Shown piece after piece: positions 27,009 to 41,660 of a DNA stretch of 64,000 nt. The number at the start of each line of letters is the position of its first letter. Positions within the stretch are counted from its first letter, which is position 1. A program made the position numbers and the translations under genes. Source of the stretch: the human T2T-CHM13v2.0 reference genome, Homo sapiens; the NCBI RefSeq assembly GCF_009914755.1, contig NC_060928.1; one strand, given 5' to 3'. The notes under the pieces were generated by a model. The model did not search any database. It saw only the letters and a list, made by a program, of their open reading frames with translations, and was not told the origin of the DNA.

Positions 27009-29378
27009 GGCACGAATCAAAAGGCCTTGAACACAGTGAGTGCTTAAGACATGATCGGTTTTATTATTTCCATTGAATTTATTACCATTCATTATTATTA
27101 TTGTTGTTAGTGTAGTGGGAGTAGTACTATTATGTTAGATTTCACTGTGTCTCCTCACATAGCTGATCTAACTCCCTGATAAACCAGAGTAACTGCTTCT
27201 TTCTCAAAGCAGTCTATTTTCTGACCTCTAAGCTTCATTCATCCTGTTCTTACAATAGTCAATAGAGAGTATCAAACTCTCTCCTTTTATCATCTACTTA
27301 GGTACAAAATTTCTCCATAATTAAATTTTCCTGACATGCCTCATGATATTTCTGCTGAATACCCACTCACCCCCTAAATCTAGAAGTGACTTCTCCTTCT
27401 CCTGTGTTCCCATGCATGTTGTCTATGTCTAACTTGCTGGGGTACATGCCTTTTCTCCCCTAGAAGACTTTAAACCTCTTGAAGGTAGATTCAAGTCACT
27501 TAAACTCTGCATCCAGTGGATGCTTGGTGAATACACACCTTTATCCACCCACCCAAGTATAACAATCACTGACTCTACTAGTCAAAGGCATAGTTAATAT
27601 GAAGATCATGTCCTCTAAATCTACTCAAATCAAAATCTGATAGGAAAAATAACTTCAGAAGGTATATAAAATAATGCATTATTAGTTCAGTGGAATTAAG
27701 AATAGAATAAAGAGAGTTAGGGTTAAAGGCACAAAGCCTTGGTGTTATGAGTAAAGAGTGCATTATTATTAAATAATTCACATTTAGATAATTTAATGAG
27801 AAACCAAAAAGATTTGCATATGGTTAGCTTAGACACCACTTACATGCTGTAACAAAAAGAGAATTAACTGTTTTTATCAAAACACCTCACTTCACAGGCA
27901 ATTTACTCAATGCAATTTGCATAATTTCTAGAAATATGCAAAATGAATTTAATATGCATTATTCATCATGATCTCAAAAAGAGTTTTTGGCAATTTGCTA
28001 CACTGATATTCTTTCTCATTTGTAATCCTCATCTGCAAAAAAATTAATATTCAGCAGCCATAAGATTCTAAGATTTGGTGATAGCAAATTTTCAAGGAAT
28101 ATGGATTTTAGAGTCATCAAATATTTTCCTAAAGGAGATGCACATAATGCACCTCATCCTTTAAATCCATCTGGTTAATTAAAATAAAATCATTGAGGTG
28201 ACTTTGATAGAAATAAAACAGGCTCAGGAGAGGAAAAAGAGAAATAAAGATATCAAGAACTCAAGCAGCATGAGATATGGAAAGTGAAGACTGGAAGCCA
28301 GAGGCTTGGGTGCCCCTTCTGTCTCTATTGATAACCTTCAGCTTAGCAAACCGAAGATGTTGAGACAGTTTTATTCATAAAAATGTTTTGTTCAGTTCAA
28401 TGATACTTAATTCAGTAAAAATATGGAACCACTTATATGAAATGAATTAGATACCTTTTTAAATATATCTACTTAACAGAAGACCTTTCAAAGATGTTTT
28501 AGTTGGATTATTTTTTTCTTTTACCACCTCACCCCTTAATTGGATTACTTTTGCTTTTGAGTTCTGTGAATTCCTTGTATATTCTGGATTCTAAGCCATT
28601 GTCAAATAAATCATTTGCAAATTTTTTTGCATCCTGTAGGTTGTCTCTTCACTCTATTGAATTTTTGCTTTGCTGTGCAGAAGCTTTTAGTTTGCTTTAA
28701 TCCAATGTGTCTATTTTTGCTTTTGTTGCTTGTGCTTTTGACATCTTATCCATAAAACCTTTCCCAAACCAATGTCCTGAAACATTTCTCCAGTGTGTTC
28801 TCCAATGTTTCTCCTGAAACATTTCTCCAACGTGTCTCACATTAGGTATTTAATCCATTTTGACTTGACTGTTTTATATGGTGAGAGATACATGTCTAGT
28901 TTCCTTCTTCTGTTTATGTATATACAGTTTTTCCCAGCATCATTAATTAAAAAGTTTGTTCTTTCCCCAATGTATGTTTTTGGTACCTCTGTCAAAAATT
29001 AGTTGCCTGTAAATATTTGGATATATTTCTGTGTTCTCTATTCTATTCCACTAGTTTATGTGACTGTTTTTATGCCAACACTATGCTGTTTTGGTTACTA
29101 TAGCTTTCTAGTATATTTGATGCCAGGTAGTGTGATGACTCCAGGTTTTCTCCTTTTGCTCATCATTGCTTTGGCTATTCTGGGGTCTTTTGTGGTTCCA
29201 TACAAATTTTAAGATTTTTTTTCTGTTTCTGAAAAGCATGTCTTTGGTATTTTGATAGGGGATACATTGAATCTACAGATTGCTTTGAGTACTATGGTCA
29301 TTTTAACAATATTAGTTCTTGAAATAAATGAACATAATGTGTCTTTCATTTTTTGTGCACTCTAATGTTTTTCATCAG

Positions 29379-29684
<306 letters not shown>

Positions 29685-32620
29685 GTGATCAGATTTTTAT
29701 AATTTTCATTTAGAGATATTTTACCTTATTAGTTAAATTTATTCCCAGGTATTTTGTATTTTTGTGGCTATTGTAAATGAGATTACTTTCTTGATTTCTT
29801 TTCCAACAAGTTCATCAATGGTATATAGAAATGCTAGAGATTTTCATATGTTTATTTCTATCTTGTTACTTCACTGCTTTCATTTATCAGTTCTAAATAT
29901 TTTTAGTTGGAGTCTTTCGATTTGACTACATATAAAATTATGTCATCTGCAAGCAGGGGCAATTTGACTTTCTCTTTTCCAATATGAATGCCTTAAATTT
30001 CTTTCTCTTGTCTAATTGCTCTGGCTAGCACATCCAGTAATAAGTTGAATGAGTGTGGAAAAGTGATCATCTTTTTCTTGTTCCATTTCTTAGACAAAAA
30101 AATATTTCTGCCTTTTCCTGCTCAGTATGATGTTAGTTATGGGTTTGCCTTTATTGTGTTTAGGCACATTTCCTTCTATACCTATTTTGTTGTGAGTTTT
30201 TATCATTAAAACATGTTGAATTTTATCAAATGCGTTTTTTTTTCCATCTATACAAATGAATACATGTTTTTTTTTTCCTTCGTTCTGTCGATGTGATTTA
30301 TCACTTTCATTGATTTAGGTATGTTGAACCATCCTTATATCTATGGAATGAATCTCACTTGATAATGAAATATAGTCTTTTTGATGTGCTATGGGATCAG
30401 GTTTGCTAGCATTTTGTTGAGGATTTTTGTGTCTATATTCAGCAAGGATATTGGCCTAAAGTTTTCTTTTTTCATTGTGTTCTTGTCTGTTTTTAGCATC
30501 AGTGTAACGCTAGTTTAGTAGAATGAGTGTGGAAGAATTCACTCCTATTTAATTTTTTTGAATAGTTTGAGAAGAATTGGTGTTAGTTATTCTTAAAATG
30601 CTTGGTAGAATTCAGCAGTGAAGCTATTCAGTCCTGGGCTTTTCTTGGCTGGGCCACATTTTATTATTGTTTCAATCTCACTACTCATCACTGGTCTGTT
30701 CAGGTTTTCTATTGATTCCAGGTTTAATCTTGGAAGCTTGTGTGTGTCTAGGAATTTATCCATTTCCTCTAGGTTCTCTCCGTTTTCCATTTTGTTAATG
30801 TATATCTGTTGTTCACAATAGTCTCTAATTATCCTTTGTATTTTTGTGGTGGTATCAGTTGTAATGTGTCTTTTTTTGTTTTTTTATTTTATTTATTTTG
30901 GGCTTCTTCCTACTTTTTTGAGTTAGTATAGCTAGTGATTTCTCAGTTTTGTTTATCTTTTCACAAAGCAACTTTTATTTTTCTTAATCTTTTATATTTT
31001 TTAGTTTATTTTAAAACTTTACGTTTTCATCTTGATTAATTTTTTCCTTCTACTAATTGTGTTTGGTTTGTTCTTCTTTTTCTAGTTCTGTGAGGTACAC
31101 TGATTACTTGTTTATTTGAAAACTTTCTCCTTTTTTGATGTGGGCATGTGTTTACATAAAGTCCCCTCTTTGTATTATTTTTACTGTGGCCCATAAGTTT
31201 TGATATGTTGTGTTTCTATTTATATTTCAAAAATGTTTTAAATTTTCTTCTTAATTTCCTCATTCCAATTCCAGATTTCCATGTGTTTGCACAGTTCCAA
31301 TATGTTTGTACAGTTAATTTCCATGTGTTTGTACAGTTCCAGTGTTCCTCTTATTATTGATTTCTAGGTTTATTCCATTGTAGTTAGAAAAGATACTTTA
31401 TATTTTGATTTTTAAAAATTTGTTGAGACTTGTTTTGTGGCATAACATGTGGTCTATCTTGGAGAATGTTTCATGTGCTAATGAGAAGAATGTGTATTCT
31501 AAAGCTGTTGGATGAGATGTTCTATAAATGTCTGTTAGGTCCATTTAGTCTACAGTGCAGTTTCTTTGTTGATCTTCTGTCCAGATGATCTGTCCAATGT
31601 TGAGAGTGGGCTGCTAAAGTCTTCAACTATTATTGTATTGGAATCTGTCTCCTACTTTAGACGTAATATTTCCTTTATATATTGGGTTGCTCCAGTGTTA
31701 AGTGCATATATCTTAGCTATTGTATCTTTTTGCTGTATTGATCCGTTTATAGTTACATAATTATATTCTTTGTGTATTTTTATAGTTTTTAACTTAAAGT
31801 CTATTTCATTTTATATAAATATAAATATAGCTACTCCTGCCTGTATTTGGTTTCCATTTGCGTAGAATATCTTTTTTCCTTTTTTCACTTTCAGTCTATG
31901 TGTGACTTTACAGGTGAAGTGAGTTTCTTAAAGGCAGTATATAGCTAGGCCTTTGGTTTTTGTTTGTTTTAATCCATGTATCCAGCCTATAGCTTTTATT
32001 TGAGTAAATTATTTTCTTTACATTCAAGGTTATTAATAGGTGAGGATTTACTTATGTCATTTTGTTATTGTTTTCTGTTTGTTTTGCAAATCCTTTTTTT
32101 CCTTTCTTTTTTATTGTTTATCTTTTGTGGTTTAGTGGTTTTCTGAAGCAATAAGTCTTGATCCCTTTCTCATTTTATTTCTGTATGTTTCCTACCAGTG
32201 AGTATTATGCTTTCATGTGTTTTCATGAGGGCAGTTATTGTCTTTTCACTTCCAGATGTGGCAATTTCTTAAGCACTTCTTGTAAGGTTAGTCTACTGCT
32301 GATGAATTTTCTATTTTTGCTTGTCTGGAAAATACTTTTTCTTCCTTCAGTAATGAAGGATAGCTTTGCTGGGTATAGTAATCTTGATTAGCAGGTGTTT
32401 TTATTTCAGCACTTTAAATTTATCATCCATTTCTCTACTGGCTGGTAAGGTCTCTGCTGAGAAAGCTGCTATTAGTGTAATGGGGATTCCATTATTTGTA
32501 ACTTGCCTCTTTTTTCATGTTGTTTTTAGGATTCTCTTTGTCTTCAAATTTTGACAGTTTCACTTTAATGTTCTTTAAAGAGGATCATTTTAGGTGAATC
32601 TATTTGAAAACTTTTTTTAA

Positions 32621-32921
32621 TTTTTTTTTTTTTTTTTTTTGAGATAGAGTCTCACTCTGTCACCCAGGCTGGAGGGCAGTGGTGCCATCTTGGCTCATTG
32701 CAAGCTCTGCCTCCCAAGTTCATGCCATTCTCCTGCCTCATCCTCCTGAGTAGCTGGGACTAAAGGCACCTGCCACTACGCCCAGCTAATTTTTTGTGTT
32801 TTTAGTGGAGATGGGGTTTCACCGTGTTAGCCAGGATGGTCTCAATCTCCTGACCTCATGATCCACCTGCCTTAGCCTCCCAAAGTGCTGTGATTACAGG
32901 TGTGAGCCATCAAGCCAGGCC
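32621..32921 (-). mobile_element. AluY
   Basis: AluY diagnostics (caagctctgcc, catgccattc, ttagccaggatggtctc); TSD ctatttgaaaactttt/ctatttggaaactttt. Confidence 0.93.
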
Positions 32922-33196
32922 TATTTGGAAACTTTTGAGCTTCCTGCATATGTATGTTCATATGTTTCCTAAGAAATAGGGAGTTTTCAGCTATCATTTT
33001 ATTAAATATATTTTATGTGATTTTTTTCCTGTCTCTTCTCTGGAATTTTCATAATGTGAATTTTTATTTACTTAATAGTCTTCCATAATTCCTGTAGGTT
33101 TTCTTCATTCTTTTGGTTTTTCTTTTATTTTTTGGTCTGATTGAGTTATTATTTAAAAATTTGCCTTTACATTCAGAAATCCTATCTTCTGCTTGA

Positions 33197-33560
<364 letters not shown>

Positions 33561-33754
33561 GTGACGTGTTTCCTTGTTGTTTCATGTGGCTTATGTTCCT
33601 ACATTAATGTCTGCACATTTGATGAAACAATCATCTCTTCTTATTTTATAGAGTAGCTTTCACGTGGAAAGATTTTTTTGCAGAAGTGTTCTATGGTGTC
33701 CATTGAGTAGGGTGCTTTGGCTTAGGTTCTGAGTAGGCATAATAGCGTAGTCTG

Positions 33755-34209
<455 letters not shown>

Positions 34210-35248
34210 CTACCGGGGGCGGGGGGATCAGTTTTTAGTCCCTGAAGGGCTTCACCTAGCACAGTGGCTCTGCCAGTAGTGAGGATAGTGCTTTAGGTTA
34301 CAGCAGGCTGGTCTTAAGTATTCACTGGGCAAAGGGAGTGTACACGACAAACGGCACCTTTGCAACTAAAGGGGACAAGGTCGCCAAAGGAGGCAGGTGC
34401 ACGCAGGTGGCTCTTGGTCCAGGAGGGTACATGTGATGCACATCAGCTCTGCTGCTGGAGGAGGTGGGATCACCAGTGTCACTGGGTGCTAGGCAGCCAT
34501 TTCTAGGACCGTAGAGTATACATGTTGCTCCCCACATTCCTGAAAGCAGCTTTCCCACTGCACTGGACAACCTGTTTAGGGTACTATGTGGGCTCAAGTG
34601 CTGATGTGGACTTGAATGCTGGTGTCACAGCTGTACCACTGGTCTGTCTGAAATCACGACACTGCAGCTTTCTGGGTGCGCATGGTGAGATGACAGTAGG
34701 GTCACAGGGATGTGGAAATGCAGGGGCTGTTTTACTCCAGGGCAGGATGTACTCTAGCAGTGGCTCTGTTCCCAAAATGGTTCCATGTAGTAGAAGTTTG
34801 GGTCTGGAGAATTTAGGGGGACTCAGTTTTTGTTTCTTCTCTGGAGCAATGCAGTGGTATGAACACCAGGTAGTTCACTGTTCTTGCTCAGGGCCTGTGA
34901 GAGCTGTGGGGCTCTCCTGTAGCCAAGATTGCAGGCATCCTTCATAGTAATAAGAGCTGTTGGGATCTTCCCTTACATTTTCCCTTCAATTGTGAGTCCC
35001 TCTTGTCTCTGAGCTGATACTGGCTAGGTGTTTTGCTTTCCTCTCTATGCTACCATGCTTTAAGTCATTTTCTTGCTACATTCCAATTTTCTTCTTTGGT
35101 CATACTGTACTTGAAGTGCAGTTATTTATTTGCTGTTTTAGTCCTTCTTGGTGGAAGAGACAAGTGTTGGGGACCTCCAGTCGGCTACATTTATGATGTC
35201 ACCTCCAACAAAAATTGTAATAATTGTTCTATTTGAGTAGTGGAAACA

Positions 35249-35947
35249 TTGTAGTGGTCCCTTATGTATAGGAGATACATTCCAAGACCACCATGGATGC
35301 TGAAACCACAAGCAGTACCAAACCCAATTTCCGTCAATTGGAACACATTTCTGTTCATATCTTCCACACACAAATTTAAGGCATTTTCCATCTTAACTAA
35401 GCACTTATTACAAACTGTGGCCATAATTTTTAAAGATTGATGTTTGGCAACAAAATTAACAAAAATTTCTCTTTTCAACTTCACAATTTCATGGATAGAA
35501 GATTGGTTCTTACCAGAGATCTTAGCAACCTCAGTATACAGTGATTTTTTATTACTAAGTCAAGAACTTTCACCTTTTTATTTGAAGTAAGCACTTTATG
35601 GCTTCTCTTTCTCACATTCAAATTTTTAATATCACCTTTGTGGCCATATTAAGTGAAATAAAAGTTGCTTAAACACAACAAGCACTCTGATCCCATGACA
35701 GCTACCAAGTGCCTGATGGATGGGTGATATATAGAGGCATGGGTATGCTGGGAAAAAAGTTAAGTCATGTTGCTGGTGAACAGAGCTGGATACTGCAAGA
35801 TTTCTTCATATTATTCAGAATGGCACACAATTTAAAACTTATGAATTGCTTATTTCTGGAATTTTCCATTTAATATTTTTACACTGTTGTTGACCACAGG
35901 TAACTAAAACCACAGAAAATGAAACCATGAATAAGGGAACACTACTG
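35249..35947 (-). mobile_element. MER44 (Tigger7-derived) DNA transposon
   Basis: Inverted termini tagtggtcccttat.../...ataagggaacactactg(TA); minus ORF with a transposase-like remnant MATVCNKCLVKMENALNLCVEDMNR. Confidence 0.82.
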
Positions 35948-37380
35948 TACTAGTATTTTCTCCTTTTATTTTTCTGTGTTTTATATTTTTTTCCTAAATA
36001 AGGATGTGTTACTTTCTCAGCAGAAATTTTATACAATGAAATTTTTACATGAAGACTGATAAACAATTATTAAATATAAGCTTGGTTTATTATTAGAAGT
36101 ATCTTGAAATTCTCAAGAGAAAACTTACATTTTAATTTAATATATTAGTTATTTTACTCTACTTAATTTTTTTCAATTTTAGGTTGAGGTGTTATTTGAC
36201 TATTGAACCAAATAAATTGTGATGATGTATTAGAATTTCTAGAAGGCCAAGGCAACACAGAAAATATATTTGAAAAATGACCAGCAAAACAAGGGGCTCC
36301 TTAGGTGCCAAATGTTTTCACTTGACCTCCTTCCCCTTAGTAATTTCTGGAGGTCTCATCTAGCTGCATCACTTTTAACTTCATCAGATCTTGTGATTAA
36401 ATATTTCTCAGTTGTTGCTTGGAAAAATACAAAAGGATAACTATAATACCAATAGGACAGTTTTATTCATAACAAATATTTTTTAAGTGGAAAACATTAC
36501 TTCAGTGTTCAACTTTTTTAAAAAACCAATTTGAAACTTTCCTATGTAAAAGTTAGTTAAATCTAACCAAAGTGTCCTGTTTTCAGTACTACTTGAGTTG
36601 TTTTCTGACTTAGTGACTCAAGGTGGGTCACTCAACCTCTTCTAAATTTCATTTTCACATCTCTTTAAGGAGCTAGAAAGATGTATTGTAAAGGACCATG
36701 ATATGACATAAATGAAATAAAGTAATGTGTCTGAGACAATAACAATAATAGCTTACTTTTTATTAGATTGTATAAGATAATTATGAACTAATCACAATAT
36801 TTTTGCTATATTTACTTAAATTTTTTGTTTGTTTGTTTCCTAAGTGGAGCTGCTGAGATTATGTGGAGCTCCCCTTTTAGGACTTCTTTCCTTCCTATCC
36901 CTTTGTGTGACTGTCTCTTCCTTTTTTTCTCCCCTTTGTTTGTTACTCTTTATCTTTCTCCATCCTCTACTTTGATCTCTTTATAAAAACACACACAAAC
37001 ACACAAACACAAACACTCATCAGTATTGTCTACTCTCTCTGACTCAAATATGCTCTATCTTCCCATGTTCTATGTCCCCCTATTGCCCCACCCCACAGAC
37101 ACACATATTCACACAGTTGAATAGAGAGACAAGGGTAAAAATGATAGCTGCAGCTTAGTCTTGGTCTGTCCCTCAGCTGGCAGAAATAATGTTTTGATTC
37201 CAAGCTCATAACAATGTGTATAAACAAACCTATATGAGTTTCAAGTGAGGAAGGAAATTTAGACCCTCTGCCTTCTAACATTCAACAGTTAAGATGGTCT
37301 ATTTATTATGAATCAGGAGCATTTGCATCATGTGTACATTTTTTGAGAATACAAATTCTCAAACTCCACCCCAGACCTAC

Positions 37381-38241
37381 TGAGAGGTGAAGCCAGCTGG
37401 GCTTCTGGGTTGGGTGGGTACTTGGAGAACTTTTCTGTCTAGCTAGAGGATTGTAAACACACCAATCAGCACTCTGTGTCTAGCTAAAGGACTGTAAATG
37501 CACCAACCAGCATTCTGTAAAAATGCACCAATCAGCACTCTGTGTCTAGCTAAAAGATTGTAAATGCACCAATCAGCACTCTGTAAAAATGCACCAATCA
37601 GTGCTCTGTGTCTAGCTAAAGGACTGTAAACACACCAATCGGCACTCTGTAAAAACGCACCAATCAGTGCCCTGTGTCTAGCTAAAGGATTGTAAATAGA
37701 CCAGTCAGCATTCTGTAAAATGAACCTATCAGCACTCTGTAAAATGGACCAATCAGCAGGATATGGGCGGGGCCAAATAAGGGAATAAAAGCTGGCCACC
37801 CCAGCCAGCAGAGGCAACCTGCTTGGGTTCCCTTCCACGCTGTGAAAGCTTTGTTCTTTCGCTCTTCACAATAAATCTTGCTGCTGCTCACTCTTTGGGT
37901 CCGCACTAACTTTATGAGCTGTAACACTCACCACGAGGGTATGCAGCTTCATTCCTGAAGTCAGCAAGACCATGAACCCACGGGGATGAACAAATAACTT
38001 TGGATACATCACCTTTAAGAGCTGTAATGCTCACTGCAAAGGTCTGCAGCTTCACTCCTGAAGTCAACCAGACCATGATCCCACGGAACGGAAGAAACTC
38101 CGGACACATCTGAACATCTGAAGGAACAAACTCCGCACACACCATCTTTAAGAGCTGTAACACCCACCGCGAGGGTCCACAGCTTCATTCTTGAAGTCAG
38201 CAAGACCAAGAACCCACAAGAAGGAATAAATTCCGGACACA
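37381..38241 (+). mobile_element. LTR12 (ERV9) solo LTR, LTR12F-like
   Basis: TGAGAGGTGAAGCCAGCTGG...TTCCGGACACA; tandem ACCAATCAGCACTCTG units; 4-bp TSD ctac/ctgc. Confidence 0.95.
37460..37790 (+). promoter_or_regulatory. LTR12 U3 promoter motif array (NF-Y CCAAT boxes, GC box, AATAAAA TATA-like element)
   Basis: 7 perfect CCAAT plus 3 variants, GGGCGGGGCC at ~37766, GGGAATAAAAGC at ~37781. Activity not shown. Confidence 0.65.
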
Positions 38242-38774
38242 CTGCTAAATCAGAAACTGCAGGTTGGCTGCAACAATCTGTACTTCAGTCCTCCATGTGA
38301 ATGTGAACATGCTAATCTGGAGAAGTTCTGGGCTTGAGAAAAGCACCATTTTCTCCATGCCCTTTCCTTAAGGTTGCCAAGGCAGATCATTTCTTAATGG
38401 CTTATCTTGTCTTGTTGAAAAATAGATTGCCAAAATGGTGACCATAATCTGTGATTTATTAATTATGGAATGCAGCCCTTCTTAGTTGCAAGTTTCTGTG
38501 GAAAATTGATGAAGAGTATACTATGTTTGTTTCACCAAAATATGTAGTATATTTAGGAGAAATTCAAGTAGAGGTCTGTACTTACCCAGACTTCTGGGAA
38601 GGAAAAATAACATAAAACAAACAAATAGTGTATAAGTCTTTAAGTGAATTACTTGATTATTTATTTTAGCATTGTAAACCAGGAAAACAATCAAAATAGC
38701 AAAAAACTCTTAATCCTCATTTACGTATTAAGTGGATTCCAACCTGTGCAATCATCTTTAAAATCTCCAGTAAT

Positions 38775-39098
<324 letters not shown>

Positions 39099-39407
39099 CT
39101 CCAGTAATATAATGAGATTTATTTTGTAAAAGAGTCTGTTTCTTTTTAGTTGAGCTATAGTTAGTAATACTCTTCCCAGTAAGAATAGATGGTTCGAATT
39201 TTTCATATCTGCTTGATTCATCAAAGAAATATAGAAAGTAAGTCCCAAGAAAGCAAAGAAAAAATTTTTTCTTTTCCACTAATGTATCCTAAGCACCTGA
39301 AACTATGTTTGGCATATTTTAGGTGTTTAATAACTATTAATTAAATGAACAGTTGAGTAAAAACAATATTTATAGAAACTGTTCTTATCTCTTGTTTCTT
39401 TACTATA

Positions 39408-40413
39408 CAGAGAGCTGGTTTCATGGGTATTTCATCAGTACAGTTGCACAAGGCCTGATGCTTAGAACGGCCCCCCTTTTGCTTTAATGCTGTAATATTA
39501 CTATCTTAATGTTCTTAATAATTTTATCTTTGAAAGTATGTTTGTAAATGAAGTACTATGGGACAATAGAGAGTGTGCATGAGCAGAGGATATACATGAA
39601 TATAACTGTCCACCACTACTTGCCAGTTCACTTGAACATAGTGCTTGCCATGCACCCTCACAACCATGAGCACAGAATTCCCATGGACCCATGATGTCGG
39701 GGCACTCAAGTCTCAAAGCAAATATGAGGTAAGAGTGTTACTTTTATACTGAGTAAATGGGGCACTGACAGCCCAAAGAGGCCATGTTGTTTCTTCAAAC
39801 CAGAACTCTCTTCTAGCAGAAAGAAAGCAATGGCATTCCAAGAAACACAAAGTACCAAGAAATTATCATATTCTTTCTTATGCCATTCCTTCCTCACACT
39901 AGCCAACCACTTATGATGAAAATTATGACATAAAGAGAAACGAAAACACAGGGCACCCATAGTTCCTTTTTTTGAAAGTCTTTATCAGTGTGCTGAAGGT
40001 AGAGAGTGTTGGTAGAATGTGTATTTGTCAAAAAGTAAAATAAAAACAGTTGCATTAGTTTCGTGTAGCATTTCTACTGTTCTGATAAAAATGACATATA
40101 TATGCATGTATGACCTACAAAATATATATTATGCAATATCAGTGATTCCACATGTGAAGTAAATGTTATTATATTTCAGTTAACACTGGCACTATATACT
40201 ATAATTGACAAAAAATCTATGCTAATATTTTAAAATGTATTTTTTCTTTATTTAGAATGACAATAAGTCGCAAATAAAATACTATACATGTTGAGAGGGA
40301 TATTGTGGAAAAAAGAAAAACGTTCTATATTCTAATACTTTTAGCTAAACTTTTTCTGCTGTTTAAACAAAGGATGTTGTGTTATTACTTACCCAATTAT
40401 ATAACTGACCCTA
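39408..40413. mobile_element. MER45B-like (hAT-Tip100) DNA transposon
   Basis: cagagagctggtttcatggg...gttgcacaaggcc start and ...caattatataactgaccct end, ~1 kb. Confidence 0.65.
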
Positions 40414-40799
40414 ACTAGCCGTAAGTACTACCGAAAGACTCATACAATCAATACAACCCTCCAGATATGCTGGTCCTCTCTCTAGTGCTTTATCTTCGCA
40501 TCTGTCATTCCTGCTTTCTCAAGGCCAACACTCAATTTTGAAATCAGACTAACTTGATTTATATGCTGCCTTCTATTTTTAAGTGTGTGACTTAACCTCT
40601 ACATTTTCTTAGTTTTTACCTCCACATTTGTGAATGGGGCTTGCTAATACCTACTTTTTAGAGTACTGATGAGAATACAATATTTTCTAGGAAGTTAAAA
40701 TAATATAATATGTGTAAAACTCCTGCTATAAATGGCTTCAGGGCCAGGCAGGTAGTAGAATGGTTTGGCACTTTAGCATCAGCCAGTACGTAATGTTGA

Positions 40800-40941
40800 G
40801 AATAAATAGAAAAGAAAAACGAAAGAAAGAAATAAAGAAAGAGTGAACGGACAAATGAACAAAAGAAAAAGGAAGGGGTAAAGGAAGGAAGGAAAAAAGG
40901 AAGAAAGGAAGGAAGGAAGGAAGGAAGGAAACAGGGAAAAA
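40800..40941. repeat. Purine-rich (GAAA)/(GGAA)n low-complexity tract
   Basis: Includes about 6 consecutive GGAA units. Confidence 0.9.
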
Positions 40942-41019
40942 ATACTGTAGTGGTAAGCCATGAGCAATGGAATACAAGCTTAAAAAAATACTTAAAGCAT
41001 TGTGTTTAACCAAATATTT

Positions 41020-41660
41020 CTATCACAATGGCTACAATGTAAAAGACTGACAAGACCACAAGACCAAGGGTGGGCAACAGTGTGGACTGAACAGAACTCT
41101 CATACACCACTGTTGAAAATTATATAACTACACTGCAAAACAGTTTCTGGAAAAAAATTAAGAAATATGTTCATACAAAAGAAATGACAACATACGTCCA
41201 CACAAGACTTGTGCACAATATTCATGTTAGCTTTATTATAGTAGACAATACCTACAGGCAACTCCAATGTGGTAGTGGAAAAATTTCCTCCATGAAAATG
41301 GGAATTAACGGCTGATATAGGCACAACCTGAATAAATCTTAAAAAACATTATACTGACTGATTAAAACTAGACATAAATTATGGCATGCTACATGATTCC
41401 ATTTACGTAAAATTATAGAACTATCACTATAGAACTACATATGAAATACTTCATCTAGAAGTATATAGAATCATACAAAGCAGGAACAAAAAGGAATTTC
41501 AGTGGTTTCCAGGGGCCAGGGTTGGAGGGCAGGAGTAACCCCCTGGAGAATATGGGAATGTCCTGTCTCTTAGTCACTCTGTCAATTCTAAACAAATTTT
41601 AACTTTCAATTGCTGAAGTTTATTTTATGCACATTATATCTTAAGTTGATTCTAAAGTAA
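41020..41660 (+). mobile_element. Old L1ME 3' fragment
   Basis: gtccacacaagacttgtgcacaatattcatgttagctttatt...catgattccattt. Confidence 0.7.

Larger units (their letters stand above)
37295..38330 (+). mobile_element. MER5A (hAT-Charlie) split by LTR12
   Basis: caaattctcaaactccaccccagacctac | (ctgc)taaatcagaaact...caacaatctg resumes after the LTR. Confidence 0.75.

Noticed and set aside
35191-35484. Domesticated Tigger transposase gene
   Set aside because: Only a short degenerate remnant inside a non-autonomous MER44-type element; no DDE domain.
37443-38242. CRISPR-like array or repeat-protein ORFs
   Set aside because: The periodicity is the normal tandem U3/U5 repeat structure of LTR12; there are no unique spacers or cas genes, and the DNA is eukaryotic.
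40883-40931. GGAA microsatellite as an EWSR1-FLI1 neo-enhancer
   Set aside because: Only about 6 uninterrupted units; a common low-complexity tract with no further support.
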